From positions 32,001-96,000 of the forward strand of contig JAXHNB010000008.1 of assembly GCA_034520945.1 (NCBI GenBank): a stretch of DNA of 64,000 nt, given 5' to 3'. Of this stretch, positions 1-10,902 are shown in pieces. A program made the position numbers and the translations under genes. Each line of letters begins with the position of its first letter. The first letter of the stretch is position 1. This stretch comes from Trueperaceae bacterium (GTDB lineage Bacteria; Deinococcota; Deinococci; Deinococcales; Trueperaceae). The notes below the pieces were generated by a model that saw only the letters and a list, made by a program, of their open reading frames with translations, did no database searches and had not been told where the DNA came from.

Positions 1-248
1 ATGAACTCGCCGAAGGCGTCCTGGTAGACGGCGGGATCCTCGGTGGGGGCGTAGGTGAAGATCAGCGTGCTGGGATCCAGGAAGTCGCTCTCGTCCGTGG
101 GCGGGTCGGCCAGCATGTCGCCGTCGCGGTCGCAGTAGCGTTCGTCCAGTTCGCCGCGCGGGCAGTCCTCCTGGGCGAAGGCGGTGGCGGTGAGGCCGAG
201 GAGCGCCAGGAGCGCGAGGCCGCGCAGCAGGGTTCGAAGTGGGGTCAT
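1..248 (-). CDS. phnD: Phosphate/phosphite/phosphonate ABC transporter substrate-binding protein (PhnD-like), 5' part; runs off window start
   Basis: Own translation MTPLRTLLRGLALLALLGLTATAFAQEDCPRGELDERYCDRDGDMLADPP...DPSTLIFTYAPTEDPAVY: signal peptide plus an N-terminus typical of this PhnD subfamily; AAGGA RBS. Confidence 0.75.
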   Translation of the reverse strand, partial: MTPLRTLLRGLALLALLGLTATAFAQEDCPRGELDERYCDRDGDMLADPPTDESDFLDPSTLIFTYAPTEDPAVYQDAFGEF

Positions 249-347
249 GGGTTCATCCTTTCGCGAGGAGCGATATCGGTGCGTGCGGGGTCGGAGGCGG
301 GGCGTGGCGGGGCGGCGCGCGTGCGGTGTGGCCTGGGTGGGGGTCCG

Positions 348-1085
348 TCATCCCGACATGGCGGGCTCCGTTCGGTGGATGGTGAGGGCCAGGTAGTAGC
401 GGTCGCCCCGGTAGGTGGTCCGGGTCGCGCCCAGCAGGCGGCTGTCGCTCAGGTAGGTCACCCGCGTGGTGCGTAGCAGGGGGGCGCCGGGCGGCAGCGT
501 GAGCAGGCTCGCGGTCTCGGCGTCGGCGGCGACGGCCTCGATGGCCGTCTCGGCGGTGGCGATGCCCACGCCGAGCGTGGCTTCGGCGCCGCGGTAGAAC
601 GAGCCGGTGAAGTCGAGATGGGTGAGCGCCTCGACGAACGGGGGCGCCACCAGCACGGCGTTGATGCCGATGGGATCCTCGCCGTGGAAGCGCAGGCGCC
701 GTACGCGCAGGACGCGGTCGGTCTCGGAGATGCCGAGGAGGGCGGCGTCCTCCGGACCGGCCGCGTCGACGGCGTGGCTCAGCACGCGCGTGGCGGGCGC
801 CAGGCCGCGGGCGGCCGCGTCCTCGTGGAAGCTCTGCAGGCGCCCCGTGGCGCGCTCGACCTTGGTGTTCGCGACGAAGCTGCCGGCCCCCTGGCGGCGG
901 ACCACCAGGCCCGCGTCGGCCAGGCGCTCCACGGCCTGTCGCGCCGTCATGCGGGACACGCCGTACTGGCGGTGCAGCTCGTCCTCGCTGGGCAGGCGCG
1001 CCCCCAGCGGCAAGGCGCCGGTGCCGATGGCACGACGAAGGTCGCGTTCGATACGGGCGTACATGGGGCCGTCCTCGCCGTCCAT
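348..1085 (-). CDS. GntR family (HutC/PhnF-like, UTRA domain) transcriptional regulator
   Basis: LPSEDELHRQYGVSRMTARQA wHTH; UTRA-like C-terminus (YRGDRY); ATG 1085 with GGAGG RBS. Confidence 0.9.
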   Translation of the reverse strand: MDGEDGPMYARIERDLRRAIGTGALPLGARLPSEDELHRQYGVSRMTARQAVERLADAGLVVRRQGAGSFVANTKVERATGRLQSFHEDAAARGLAPATRVLSHAVDAAGPEDAALLGISETDRVLRVRRLRFHGEDPIGINAVLVAPPFVEALTHLDFTGSFYRGAEATLGVGIATAETAIEAVAADAETASLLTLPPGAPLLRTTRVTYLSDSRLLGATRTTYRGDRYYLALTIHRTEPAMSG

Positions 1086-1108
1086 TTCCCCTCCGAGCCT
1101 CGCTGAGC

Positions 1109-1120
1109 TTGTATAGACGA
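1109..1120. promoter_or_regulatory. Putative HutC/PhnF-type operator TTGTATAGACGA
   Basis: Imperfect palindrome with a GT-N-TA-N-AC core, just downstream of a minus-strand TAGAGT -10 upstream of the GntR gene. Confidence 0.55.
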
Positions 1121-1175
1121 CTCTACACGGCGGGGGTGCCGGGCGCAAGGGGGCTACGCGAGGCGGCCATGGGAG

Positions 1176-1199
1176 CACCCCCGGCCGGGGCCGGGGGTG
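1176..1199 (-). terminator. GC-rich hairpin, possible terminator
   Basis: CACCCCCGGCC-GG-GGCCGGGGGTG perfect 11-bp inverted repeat downstream of the small ORF; no U-tract. Confidence 0.4.
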
Positions 1200-1242
1200 G
1201 CGCGTCGCCTACGGTCCGACCCGTCGCTGGGTCGGGGACTTG

Positions 1243-1454
1243 TCAGGTCGGGCGCACGGGCGGGCGGGCTTCCAGGCGTTCCGCCAGCGCGCGCAGGAGC
1301 ATCGCGATTCGCGAGCGGAGCCCCAGGCGTGCCGCGTGGTTTTGCGCGTTGAGCTGGCGCGGGCTGCCGCCAGTGCGTCGTGGGTGGCGGCCTCGCGCTG
1401 CAGGCGCTCCATACGGTAGCGCGAGGCGCGCAGGAGTTCGTCAGGTTGGATCAT
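1243..1454 (-). CDS. Small hypothetical protein, probably one frameshift
   Basis: AAGGAGG RBS; MIQPDELLRASRYRMERLQREAA... continues in another frame as LRSRIAMLLRALAERLEARPPVRPT*. Confidence 0.5.
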
Positions 1455-1535
1455 GGGATCGATTCCTCCTTGGCACGTTCGACGAGTCCGCGCTGCGTTC
1501 GTGACCGCTGCGGCGTGGCACGGACTGTCGTGGCG

Positions 1536-3818
1536 TCAACAGGGCGGGTAGGCGACGTACACGCCGATTTCGTCCTGCCCTACCTCGCCGTTCGGGTCGG
1601 TGACCTCCAGGCGCAGGTCGACCTGCGTGCCTCCGCAGGTGAACGGCACGTGGTCGGAGGGCGTCCAGGCGAGGGTGGCGCCGGTGCCGATGGCGTGGTC
1701 GCTGCCGCCGAAGGTGGTGACGTACCAGGCGTACGACAGCGGCGTGCCGCCGTCGGGATCGGTCGCGGTGCCCTCCAGCGCGTGGCTCGTTTCGGCGTCG
1801 AGGCCGGCGCCGTCGTTGGGTTGGAGGATGGTCACGCTGAGGCGGACCCGTGGGCGGAGGATCGACCACCTGCACGTCGACGGTGGCGGTGCCGGTGAGG
1901 CCGTGCTCGTCGCTGACCGTGACGGTGAGCGTGCGCGGCCCGTTGCTGGTGAACGTCGCCTGCGGGGCGCAGCCCTGCAGAACCGGGTCGCTTGCGCTGC
2001 TGCTCCATTCGGTCGCGCTGCACAGGTCGGCGAGGGGTTCGTTGACGTCGTTCACGTCGGCGCCCAGCACGTAGGGCGTGTCGCGGTATAGGGTCGCGTT
2101 CGCCTCGGGGGCGACGACGGTGACGGTCGGTGCGACGTTCTCGGCGGTCACGGTGATGCTGTCGCTGGCGGTGGCGCCCTGCGTGTCCTGGGCTTGGGCG
2201 GTGATCAGGTGCGTGCCGGGCGAGAGGGCCAGGTTGGTCTGCGTGCCGGTCCCGAGGAACCCGTCGATATCCGAGGTCCAGCGGACGCCGCAGCAGGCGC
2301 CGCCGTCTTCGGGGTCGCTGACGACGGCTTCGAACGGTTCGCCGAGGCCTCCGTACCAGAAGTCGGCACCGTCGGCCGGCGCCACGATCTGTATGGTCGG
2401 CGCGGCGTTGTCGCCGAGGTTGCGAACCCACTGGCCGTGCCCAGGCACGCCGCGGTCCACGTGATACCAGGTCTGTCCCTGATCGTCGGAGGTTTCGTAG
2501 TCGCGGAACGCGACGGGGATGGTCACGGTCTCGCTGCGCACGCCGAAGTGGAGGTGGCAGTTGTCGGTCTGCCGCGTGCCGACCTTGGCCACCAGCTGAC
2601 CCGAGGCGACGGGGTCACCTGCGGCGAGCCCCTCGTCGCTGCTGGAACCGTCGCGGATGTGCAGGTAGCTGACGTGCTCTTCAGGCGCGGCCTGGAAGCG
2701 CACGGCGTTGGCGCGGTCCTTCTCGGTCGGGTCGTAATTGTCATCGTCCACGCTGGTCACGGCGCCGGACGCGATCGCGAGGAGGGGTTGGTCGCAGCTG
2801 CTCGGCTCCGCGGATTCGAGATGCGAGTCGCCCGAGCTAGTGGCCAAGCGCACGTCCCAGGTGAACGCGGCGTAGCCGAAGTGGGAGTTGAGCGTCTCGT
2901 TGCCGAACCAGATCTCCCACGCCTGACCCGGCTGGAAGGGAAGCGTGTAGGTGCTGCGGTGAAAGGGGGGCAAGAGGAAGGCGGCGTCGGTCGCGGCGTC
3001 GCGCGCCTGCGAGGCCGGGACCTTCTGGGCGGGCAGGTGTGCGCCGACGCCTTCGTAGGTGACGCCGTCGTCCGCCGGGGTGTGAAAGGTGACGGGCCGC
3101 GCGAAGGCGGGCGGCAGGTCGGTTCCGCTCGGCGTGGCGCTGTCGAAGGTCCAGGCGGCCGCGAGGTTCCAGGGGCTCCCCAGCAAGGTCGGGCTGAGCC
3201 GAAGATGATCGTTCCTCGAGCGCGTCGATCTCGCCGCCAGCCAGCGCACGGTCGAACAACGCGACGTCGTCGACCAGCCCGTAGAACTGGGGTATGCGCT
3301 CGCCCCCGTCGAACGCGAAGCTCTTGCCGCCGCTGCGTCGCGCCAGCCGCAGCGTCGCGTCACCGGCCGGCAGGTTCGGGTCGCCCGGCGACACCTGCAC
3401 GGCGGGGGCGAGCGGTTGCCCGTCCAGGTACGCCTGGAAGATGTTCCCGCTCCGGGCCACCGCCAGGTGATGCCACGTCTCCGCGGTCATGTCGACCACG
3501 TAGCTTCGTCGTTCGCTGCCGACGGCCAGGACCAGGCGGGGGTCGGTCTTGGTGTGCGACTCCTGGCCCACGAAGAATGTCCCACCACCGTTCTCGGCCA
3601 GGATCGGCCCGGCGTAGGCTCTGGGGTGCTGGGGCATGAAGCGGGCCACCAGCGTGTGATCGCTGGCGAAGAACTCCGAGAAGGTCAGATAGGTGTCGGC
3701 ATGCCCGCCCCAGCCGAAAGCGGCGGCGAAGTTCAGGGTCGAGCCCCCTCGGCGGCGTGGTGCACGCGGCGAGGAACAGCGCGAGCGGCAGGAGCGATCG
3801 GACGGCGATTCGGTACAT
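1536..3818 (-). CDS. Secreted lipoprotein with LamG-like, M23 peptidase and PKD/Ig-like domains (frameshifted near 3750, 3200 and 1835)
   Basis: Lipobox LAAC; LamG motifs WHHLAV..YLDG..DDVALFDRAL; M23 motifs YLHI and HLHF; PKD-like repeats (DPEDG..W.SD, G.H.IT...D..G) across ORFs 2837-3859, 1441-3363 and 1536-1835. Confidence 0.7.
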
Positions 3819-3872
3819 GCATCCCTCCATCTCCACGCTGCGAACGTGGTGGTATGCACGGTAGGGGGTGGG

Positions 3873-3936
3873 CGTGTCGCCTACGTGTCGCCTACGTGTC
3901 GCCGCGCGTGTCGCGAACCGTGTCGTGGACGTGGCG
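3873..3936. repeat. Heptamer CGTGTCG direct-repeat array with 11-12 bp period, putative SARP/BTAD regulator binding site
   Basis: CGTGTCG at 3873, 3884, 3895, 3907 and 3919, CGTGGCG at 3930; lies between divergent genes. Confidence 0.7.
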
Positions 3937-3981
3937 CGCCCCAGTCCCGTTGGACGACGCACGTCCGGCCTACAATGAGTC

Positions 3982-6770
3982 GTGTCGACGCAGGGTCCGT
4001 ACGTGGAGTTGTTCGGTCGCGGCACGGTGCATGCGGGAGAGGGTGGGCTGGCGTTCGCTTCGGACAAGCGCTGGTACCTGCTGGCGTTTCTGGCGCACGC
4101 CGGCGCCTGGGTGTCCCGCGAGCGCCTGGCCGCCCTGTTCTGGCCCGACGTGCCGACGACGGCGTCGCGCGACCGTCTCCGTCAGTTGCTGCGGCGCGTG
4201 CGGGGTTTCACGTGGCTGAGCGGGCTTCAGGTCGAACGCGCCCGCGTGCGCTGGGCCGTCGACACGGACCTCGGCGCGTTCCGTGCGGCGCTCGACGAAG
4301 GAGACGGGGCGCAGGCGCTGGAGGCGTACCAGGGACCATTGCTGGAGGGCATGACCGCCGACGACGCCCCCGAGTTCGCCGCCTGGCTCGAGCTCGAACG
4401 CGCCACGCTGCACAACCGTTGGCGGGCCCTATTGTTGGAGGAGGCCGGGCAGGCGACGACGGACACGTCCCGTGCGAAGGCGATTCCGCGCCTGGCGACG
4501 CTGCTTCGGGCCGACCCGTTGGACGAAGAGGCGCTGCGCGCCTACATGACGGTCCTGGCTGGTGCCGGGCAGCGGCCGCGGGCCCTCGACGCCTACCAGG
4601 GGTTCGCCCAGCACCTGGGGGAGGAGCTCGGCCTGGAGCCTGCGCTGGCCACGCAACGCCTGTCCGCGTCGATGCGAGAGGCGGCGTCGGCCCCGGCGTC
4701 GTCGCGCCGGGACGATCCCGAGGGCGCGCACGCAGTCGCGGCGGCGGTGGCGCCGACGAACGCCTTCGTCGGCCGAGACGTCGAACTGCTCGAGGTGATG
4801 GCGATGCTGTCCAGCCCGGGCTGCCGCATGCTCTCCCTCGTTGGCCTCGGCGGCGTAGGCAAGTCCCGGATCGCGTGGCAGGTCCACGACGCGTGGGAGG
4901 GGCGGGCGCACTTCGTCCGCCTCGACGGCCTTGCCGACTCGAGCGACATTCCTGCGGCGATCGCTGACACGCTCGGCTGCGCGACCGGTGGGACCGAAGA
5001 CCTTCTGGAGCGGATCGCAGGGCACATCGGCGACACGGGCATGCTGCTGGTGCTGGACGACTACGAGCACCTCACCGAGGGGGCGGGGCTCACCTCCGAG
5101 CTGCTCGGCCACTGTCCGGCCCTGTCGATCCTGGTGACGTCGCGGGAGCGCTTGGGCGTGCCCGAGGAGTGGATCTACGACGTGCCGGGCCTCAGCGTGC
5201 CGCCCGGCGATGTACCGCTGTCGCGGGCGCAGGGGTACGACGCGGTGCGCCTGTTCCTCACCCGCGTCGAGCAGGTACGGGACGGCTACGCGTTGACGGA
5301 GGCGGATCGTCCGCACGTGCTTCGCATCTGCCAGTTGGTGCAGGGGCTTCCGTTGGGCCTCGAACTGGCGGCGGCCTGGATGCGGAGTGCCACGGCCGAG
5401 GCGATCGCGGACGAGGTCGCCGCCAACCTCGACTTTCTGCAGCGACGCCACGCCTCGGACCGGCACCACAGCATCCGCGCCGTGTTCGAGAGCTCCTGGC
5501 GCATGTTGACGCACGAGGAGCAGCGCGCGTACGCGGCCTTGTCGGTGTTCCGCGGGGGATTCACGCGCGACGCCGCCAGCGCGGTGGCGCAGGCGTCGAC
5601 CCCGATTCTGGCCGCGTTGGTGGACAAGTCGCTGCTGCAACTGCAGGACGACGGGCGCTACCAGCGGCACCCGCTGCTGTACCAGTACGTGCGCGAGAAG
5701 CTGGCGCAGTACGAGGAAGAGTACACCGCCTGCAGGCGTCACGCCCGCTACTTCGTGGCGGTGGCAGAGGAGGCCGGCAGCAAGCTGCGCACGACGCGCG
5801 GCGTGGCCGACCTCGATGCGCTGGAGGCGGACCACGAGAACCTACGGGAGGCGCTGCGTTGGGGCGTGGCCCACGATCCCGCGCTGGCGCTCCGCTTGGC
5901 GGGGGCGCTGGGGCGGTTCTGGGAGATCCGGGGGCACCTGATCGAAGGCTGCGAGTGGCTCGAGGCCAGCCTGGGTCGCGCCCACGACGCGCCTTCCGAG
6001 GTCGAGGGGCGCGCGTTGGACGCGTACGGCCGCCTGCTGTACCTGCGCGGCGACCGCGAGGGCGCCGCCTCGCGGATTCAGGCGGCGCTGGAGCGTTGGC
6101 GGGAAGCGGACGATGAGGACGGCGTGTCCAGCGCGCTGAACCACCTGGGGGCCTTGGCGATGGAGGCTGGCGACTTGGCACGTGCGGAGGCGCTTGTACC
6201 AGGAGGCGCTGGCGTCGTGCCGCGCGCGCGGATGACCGGACCGGCGTCGCCTACGTGCTGAACAACCTGGGCGAGGTGGCCCGCCTGCAGTCCGACCACG
6301 CGCGGGCGGAAGGCCTGTACCGGGAGGGCCTCGCCCTGCACCGAACGCTGGGAAACCAGCGTGGGGCCGCCATCACGCTCGGCAATCTCGGGTTCGTGGC
6401 GCACCGGGAGGGGAAGGTGGAGGAGGCCGCCGCGCTGCTCTTGGAGAGCATCGCCCTGAAGCATCACCTCGGGGACGAGATCGGCCTGGCGTACTGCTTC
6501 GCGGGGTTGGCCGCCGTGCTCTGCGACGACGGCGCGTACGTGCTGGCCGCCCGCCTCCTCGGGACCGCGGAGGGCTTGATTCGAACCCACGCCGTCCAAC
6601 TCGATGCTGCCGATCGCACCGACCATGCGGCGTGCGTCGCCCGGTGCCGTACGAACCTCGGAGACGAAGCGTACGCGGCCGCGGCCGACGAGGGGCGCGC
6701 CATGGAGATCGACGCCGCGGTCGCGACCGCGCTGGCGTCGCGCGAGGACGTGCGGCGCCGGACGTCGTAA
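3982..6770 (+). CDS. BTAD (SARP-like) + P-loop ATPase + TPR transcriptional regulator; frameshift near 6200-6250
   Basis: BTAD (DPLDEEALRAYM), FVGR, Walker A GLGGVGKS, LVLDDYEH, GLPLGLELAA, TPR-like LNNLG repeats continuing in ORF 6255-6770; TACAAT at 3971 gives a leaderless GTG. Confidence 0.85.
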
Positions 6771-6819
6771 GCGTGAATGATGGCGGGGCATCAGGGGATT
6801 TCGGCGGGGGCATGCGAGG

Positions 6820-7278
6820 GTGACGGACGAGATGGGCACGCTCTACACCATCGGCTATCAGGGCGCGAGCCCGGAGGCGTTCGTCGATCGACTTCGCACC
6901 CAAGGCGTGACGCTGCTGGTCGACGTCCGCAACGCCGCGCGGAGCCGCAAGAAGGGCTTCTCGAAGCGCGCCCTAACCGCCGCGTTGCAGGACGCCGGCA
7001 TCGCCTACGAGCACTGGCGGCAGCTCGGTGCCCCGCCCGAGATGCGGCGGGCGTTGGCCGAGACGGGTGACCGGGCCGCGTCTCCCTCCGCGTACGCGGA
7101 GCGGTTGGAGGGCGGCTCGGTCTCCTCGTGGTCGAGACGCCACGCTACATCGGTCGTGTCGTCGCCGCGTTGGCGGCCGACCCCCGCACCATGGATCGCG
7201 ACGGGTACCGCTACCGCGACCTGGAAGCTCTACGGCCCGTACGGCTTCACCGACGTGGACGGTTCGACGCCCGACTAG
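6820..7278 (+). pseudogene. Truncated DUF488-family gene joined to the C-terminal fragment of an SDR oxidoreductase
   Basis: LYTIGY..LVDVR..SRKKGFSK..YEH..LG (DUF488) lacks its C-terminal C..E..CHR; followed by ETPRYIGRVVAALAADP...YGFTDVDGS. Confidence 0.6.
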
Positions 7279-7359
7279 GGCCGCCATGCCCGCGAGGCGC
7301 TGGGTCTGGAGCCGTGATCCGGTCCTCGTCCGCTGCGATCACGTGCGTGCACCCCGGCG

Positions 7360-8070
7360 TCACTGCCCCGTGAAGGCCAACACCGGCCGTCCGCCGATCT
7401 CGACCCAGCCGTCGACGGTGCGGCTGCAACTGCGTCAATGACCAACCGCCACGCCACAGTTCCGGTCGGGTCTCGATGTCGTCGCGCCATGCTTCGAAGA
7501 CCTGCCGCGCCTCGCGTTCCGTGCGGACGCGCGACAGGTCGGCCCGCACGACGCGGGCGGCCGGGCGTCCCTTCTCGGAGGCCGGCGCCCACGCCAGCAG
7601 GAACGGCCCGCGGTTCGCGATGTCCGAGGTTCCGCGTGTTCGCTTGCCGGATCGCCGAGAAGCCGCTCGGCAGGTGGTACGTCGCGCGTCGCGACGCGGC
7701 AGGCCGCGGCGGGGTCGCTACGATCACGAAGCTCTGCGGCGCGCCGGTCGCTGGCTACTGGCCAGACCGTGACCATGCGATCCTCGGCGGCGGCCGTCAT
7801 GGAGGTGTCGGGTCCGTCGGGCCGCGTCGCGAGGAACGCTTCGCACAGCATCTGGTAGCGCGCTCGGGTGTCGGGCTGGGCTCGTTGGGGAAAGGCGACG
7901 ATGGCGTAGGCGCCGAACTCGGGCGGCGGCGACACGTGCGGACCCACGAAGGTATGGAACGCCCGAAGCGTCCGCGCGGGCGTGGGTTCCGACGTGCTGG
8001 GCGCGCAGGCCGACACGAGCAGCGCCGTGGCCACCAGAACCATCGAACCTCGAACGTATCGGCTGATCAT
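7360..8070 (-). CDS. Hypothetical lipoprotein, frameshifted
   Basis: GAGGAGG RBS; lipobox VSAC; coding sense continues across frames (GPFLLAWAP..RADLSRV..WRDDIETRPELW); end approximate. Confidence 0.5.
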
Positions 8071-8294
8071 GGGATGCCTCCTCGGGGTCGGACCTTCGGG
8101 TCGTACGTGTCGCGCATGCATACGATGCCTCGCGAACGCGCGTGGCCCTGCGCTACGTCTCGGTCAAGCTAGCACGGCCATTCCTGAGCGCGATGAAGCC
8201 GAACGGGCCGAGCCGCCTCGCCCCGTTCGCGCTACCCTGGCGTCACGACAGCGACGCCGGTCGCGAGGCCGGGTCGTACCCCAAGGAGGACCTC

Positions 8295-9230
8295 ATGCGC
8301 ATGCGCACCCTTGGATCGCTCAGCGTGTCGACCGTCGGGCTCGGTTGCAACAACTTCGGTCGCCGCCTCGATCAGGACGCCACGAAGGACGTCGTCGACG
8401 CCGCCCTCGATGCGGGGGTCAACCTCCTGGACACCGCCGACGTCTACGGCGACGGCCTCAGCGAAACGTTCCTGGGCGAGGTCCTGCGTGGCCGCCGCGA
8501 CCGGGTGGTGCTGGCGACCAAGTTCGGCATGGGCCGCCGTGAAAACGGGACCGGTGACGGCCGGCCCGAGACGGTCCGCGCCGCACTGGAGGAAAGCCTG
8601 GCACGGCTGCGTACCGATCACGTGGACCTGTACCAGCTGCACCGTCCCGACCCGAACGTTCCCGTCGCGGAGACGCTCGGCGCGCTGGGCGACGCCATGC
8701 GGGCCGGCATGGTGCGCGAGATCGGCTGCTCCAACTTCAGCGCCCAGCAGCTCGAAGAGGCCGAACGGGCCGCGCACGGCCTGGGCGGGCCCCGGTTCGT
8801 GAGCGTCCAGAACGAGTACAGCATGCTGCGCCGAGAGGCGGAACAGGGGGTGCTGCCCGCCTGCGAGCACCTGGACGTGGCGTTCCTGCCGTACTTTCCG
8901 CTGTTGAGCGGCATCCTCACCGGCAAGTACCGCAAGGGCCGGCCCTGGCCGGAGGGAACGCGCGTGCGGGGCAACGAACGGTGGGAGGCGAAGCTCACGG
9001 GCGAGACCCTCGACCTGGTGGAGCGCCTGAGCGCGTTCGCGGAATCTCAGGGCTACGAGCTGATCGATTTGGCGTTCGCGTACCTGTTGGCCCGTCCGGC
9101 GGTGGCCAGCGTGATCGCGGGCGCGATGACGCCGGCGCAGGTTGGGCGCAACGTGCAGGCCGGGGCGTGGGAGCTCAGCCAGAGCCAGGTGGCCGAGGTG
9201 ACCGCGATCCTGGACGAGGGCACCCCGTGA
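8295..9230 (+). CDS. Aldo/keto reductase
   Basis: GLGCNNFG, DTADVYG, LATKFG, DLYQLH, IGCSNF, QNEYS; AAGGAGG RBS. Confidence 0.95.
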   Translation: MRMRTLGSLSVSTVGLGCNNFGRRLDQDATKDVVDAALDAGVNLLDTADVYGDGLSETFLGEVLRGRRDRVVLATKFGMGRRENGTGDGRPETVRAALEESLARLRTDHVDLYQLHRPDPNVPVAETLGALGDAMRAGMVREIGCSNFSAQQLEEAERAAHGLGGPRFVSVQNEYSMLRREAEQGVLPACEHLDVAFLPYFPLLSGILTGKYRKGRPWPEGTRVRGNERWEAKLTGETLDLVERLSAFAESQGYELIDLAFAYLLARPAVASVIAGAMTPAQVGRNVQAGAWELSQSQVAEVTAILDEGTP

Positions 9231-10117
9231 GCGAACCGAGCGACAGTAAAGCCCGTGTTGGCGGCCTTCGCATCGGCCTGCTGCACCCGGGCGCCATGGG
9301 CGCGGCCGTCGGCGCGGCGCTCCGCGCGGCGGGCCACGAAGTGCTCTGGGCGTCCGAGGGACGGTCCCCTGCCACGCTCGACCGGGCCGACGCGGCCGGG
9401 CTGGTGGACGCCGGCTCGATCGACGCCCTGGCCGTACGCTGCGACGCGGTCGTGTCGGTCTGCCCGCCGCACGCCGCACAGGACGTGGTGGACCGGGTGC
9501 TCGGCGCCGGGTTCCGGGGCCTGTATCTCGACGCCGCCGCGGTCGCACCCGCCTCGGCGCGGGCCGTGGGCGACGCTGTCACGGCAGCAGGCGGCACGTT
9601 CGTGGACGGCGGCATCATCGGGGGGCCACCGACCCGACCGGGGACCACCTGGCTGCACCTCGCCGGCGCCGAAGCACCACGGGTGGCGGCGTGGTTCGCG
9701 GCGGGCCCGTTCGAGACCTCGATCGTCAGCGACCGTCCGGGCGACGCCTCCGCCTTGAAGGTCGCCTTCGCGGCGTGGACCAAGGGATCGACGGCGTTGA
9801 GAGCGGCCATGCTGGCGTACGCCGAGGCGGCCGGGGTGCGAGAGGCGCTCCGTACCCAATGGGAGGCGTACGAACCGGGCTTCCTGGCGGATGCAGAGGC
9901 GAAGGTGCAGCGCTCGGCGTGGAAGGCCTGGCGCTTCGAGGGCGAGATGCACCAGATCGCAGCCGCGTTCGACGCCGAAGGGGTGCAACCCGAATTTCAC
10001 CTCGCCGCTGCCGAAACGTACCGGCGCCTGTCGCCGCTGCGCGATGCGGACGCGCCGGAAGGGAAGCCGGAGCTGGCGAGGGTACTGGCGGCGCTGCGGG
10101 CAGAGGGGGAGCGGTGA
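9227..10117 (+). CDS. NAD(P)-dependent oxidoreductase (6-PGDH-like N-terminus, DUF1932-like C-terminus)
   Basis: LLHPGAMG, SVCPP, VDGGIIG, ASALK..KG, AWRFEGEM; GTGA overlap with the AKR. Confidence 0.85.
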   Translation: MSEPSDSKARVGGLRIGLLHPGAMGAAVGAALRAAGHEVLWASEGRSPATLDRADAAGLVDAGSIDALAVRCDAVVSVCPPHAAQDVVDRVLGAGFRGLYLDAAAVAPASARAVGDAVTAAGGTFVDGGIIGGPPTRPGTTWLHLAGAEAPRVAAWFAAGPFETSIVSDRPGDASALKVAFAAWTKGSTALRAAMLAYAEAAGVREALRTQWEAYEPGFLADAEAKVQRSAWKAWRFEGEMHQIAAAFDAEGVQPEFHLAAAETYRRLSPLRDADAPEGKPELARVLAALRAEGER

Positions 10118-10165
10118 ACAGGTAGCCTCCACCTGACCTTGATGGCCACCCCGGGAGGTCCCTGC

Positions 10166-10810
10166 ATGTCCAACCCACTTGCACTGGCGTTCGCCGCCGT
10201 GACGGCAACGAGCGTCGCCCTCGCACTCACGTTCGTCCGCCTCGAGCGGCCAGGGGCGTACGCCATCACGAAGACCGTGGCGTCACTCGGATTCCTCGGC
10301 GTGGCACTCGCAGTCGGCGCGATGGAGGCCCCCTGGAGCCGCGTGGCGTTCGCCGCGTTGGTCTTGTCGGCCGCGGGCGACGTGGCGCTGAGCGTGCGAG
10401 GCCCGACGGGCTTCTTCGTGGGGTTGGCCTGCTTCATGGTGGCGCACGGCGCCTACACGGTCGCGTTCGGCATGTACGGCGTCGGCGGCGCCACGCTGGG
10501 CGTGACGACGGTGCTGGCGGCGCTGGGGATGGGGGGCGTCTGGTGGGTGCTGCGTCGCCGGATCCCAGCGGCGTTGCGCGTGGCCGTAGGCGCGTACGTG
10601 ATCACGCTGGCGGCCATGGTGGCGACGGGCGCGGCTGCGGCCGTCGCCCACGGGGCCACGTGGTTGGGGGCCGGCGCGGTGCTGGTCGCGGGATCGGACG
10701 TCGCGGTCGCGCGTGAACGGTTCGGCCGATCGATGTTCGCCAACAAGCTCGCCGGCCTGCCGGCGTACTACCTGGGGCAGATCCTGATCGCGGCGAGCCT
10801 GGGGGGATAG
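10166..10810 (+). CDS. YhhN/lysoplasmalogenase family membrane protein
   Basis: SAAGDVAL, F..GL..F.VAH..Y, SD...A, YY.GQ.LIA motifs. Confidence 0.8.
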   Translation: MSNPLALAFAAVTATSVALALTFVRLERPGAYAITKTVASLGFLGVALAVGAMEAPWSRVAFAALVLSAAGDVALSVRGPTGFFVGLACFMVAHGAYTVAFGMYGVGGATLGVTTVLAALGMGGVWWVLRRRIPAALRVAVGAYVITLAAMVATGAAAAVAHGATWLGAGAVLVAGSDVAVARERFGRSMFANKLAGLPAYYLGQILIAASLGG

Positions 10811-10902
10811 GACCGCCGTCTCGGGGACTGGACGCGGACCCGTCTGCTACGTCAGGGCGGAAGCGATCGCGGTGGCCGTCGATGCGTTCCGCCCGGCGGC
10901 CA

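Noticed and set aside
3873..3936. Possible CRISPR array
   Set aside because: Units are 7 bp with 4-5 bp gaps, far too short, and there are no cas genes in the window.
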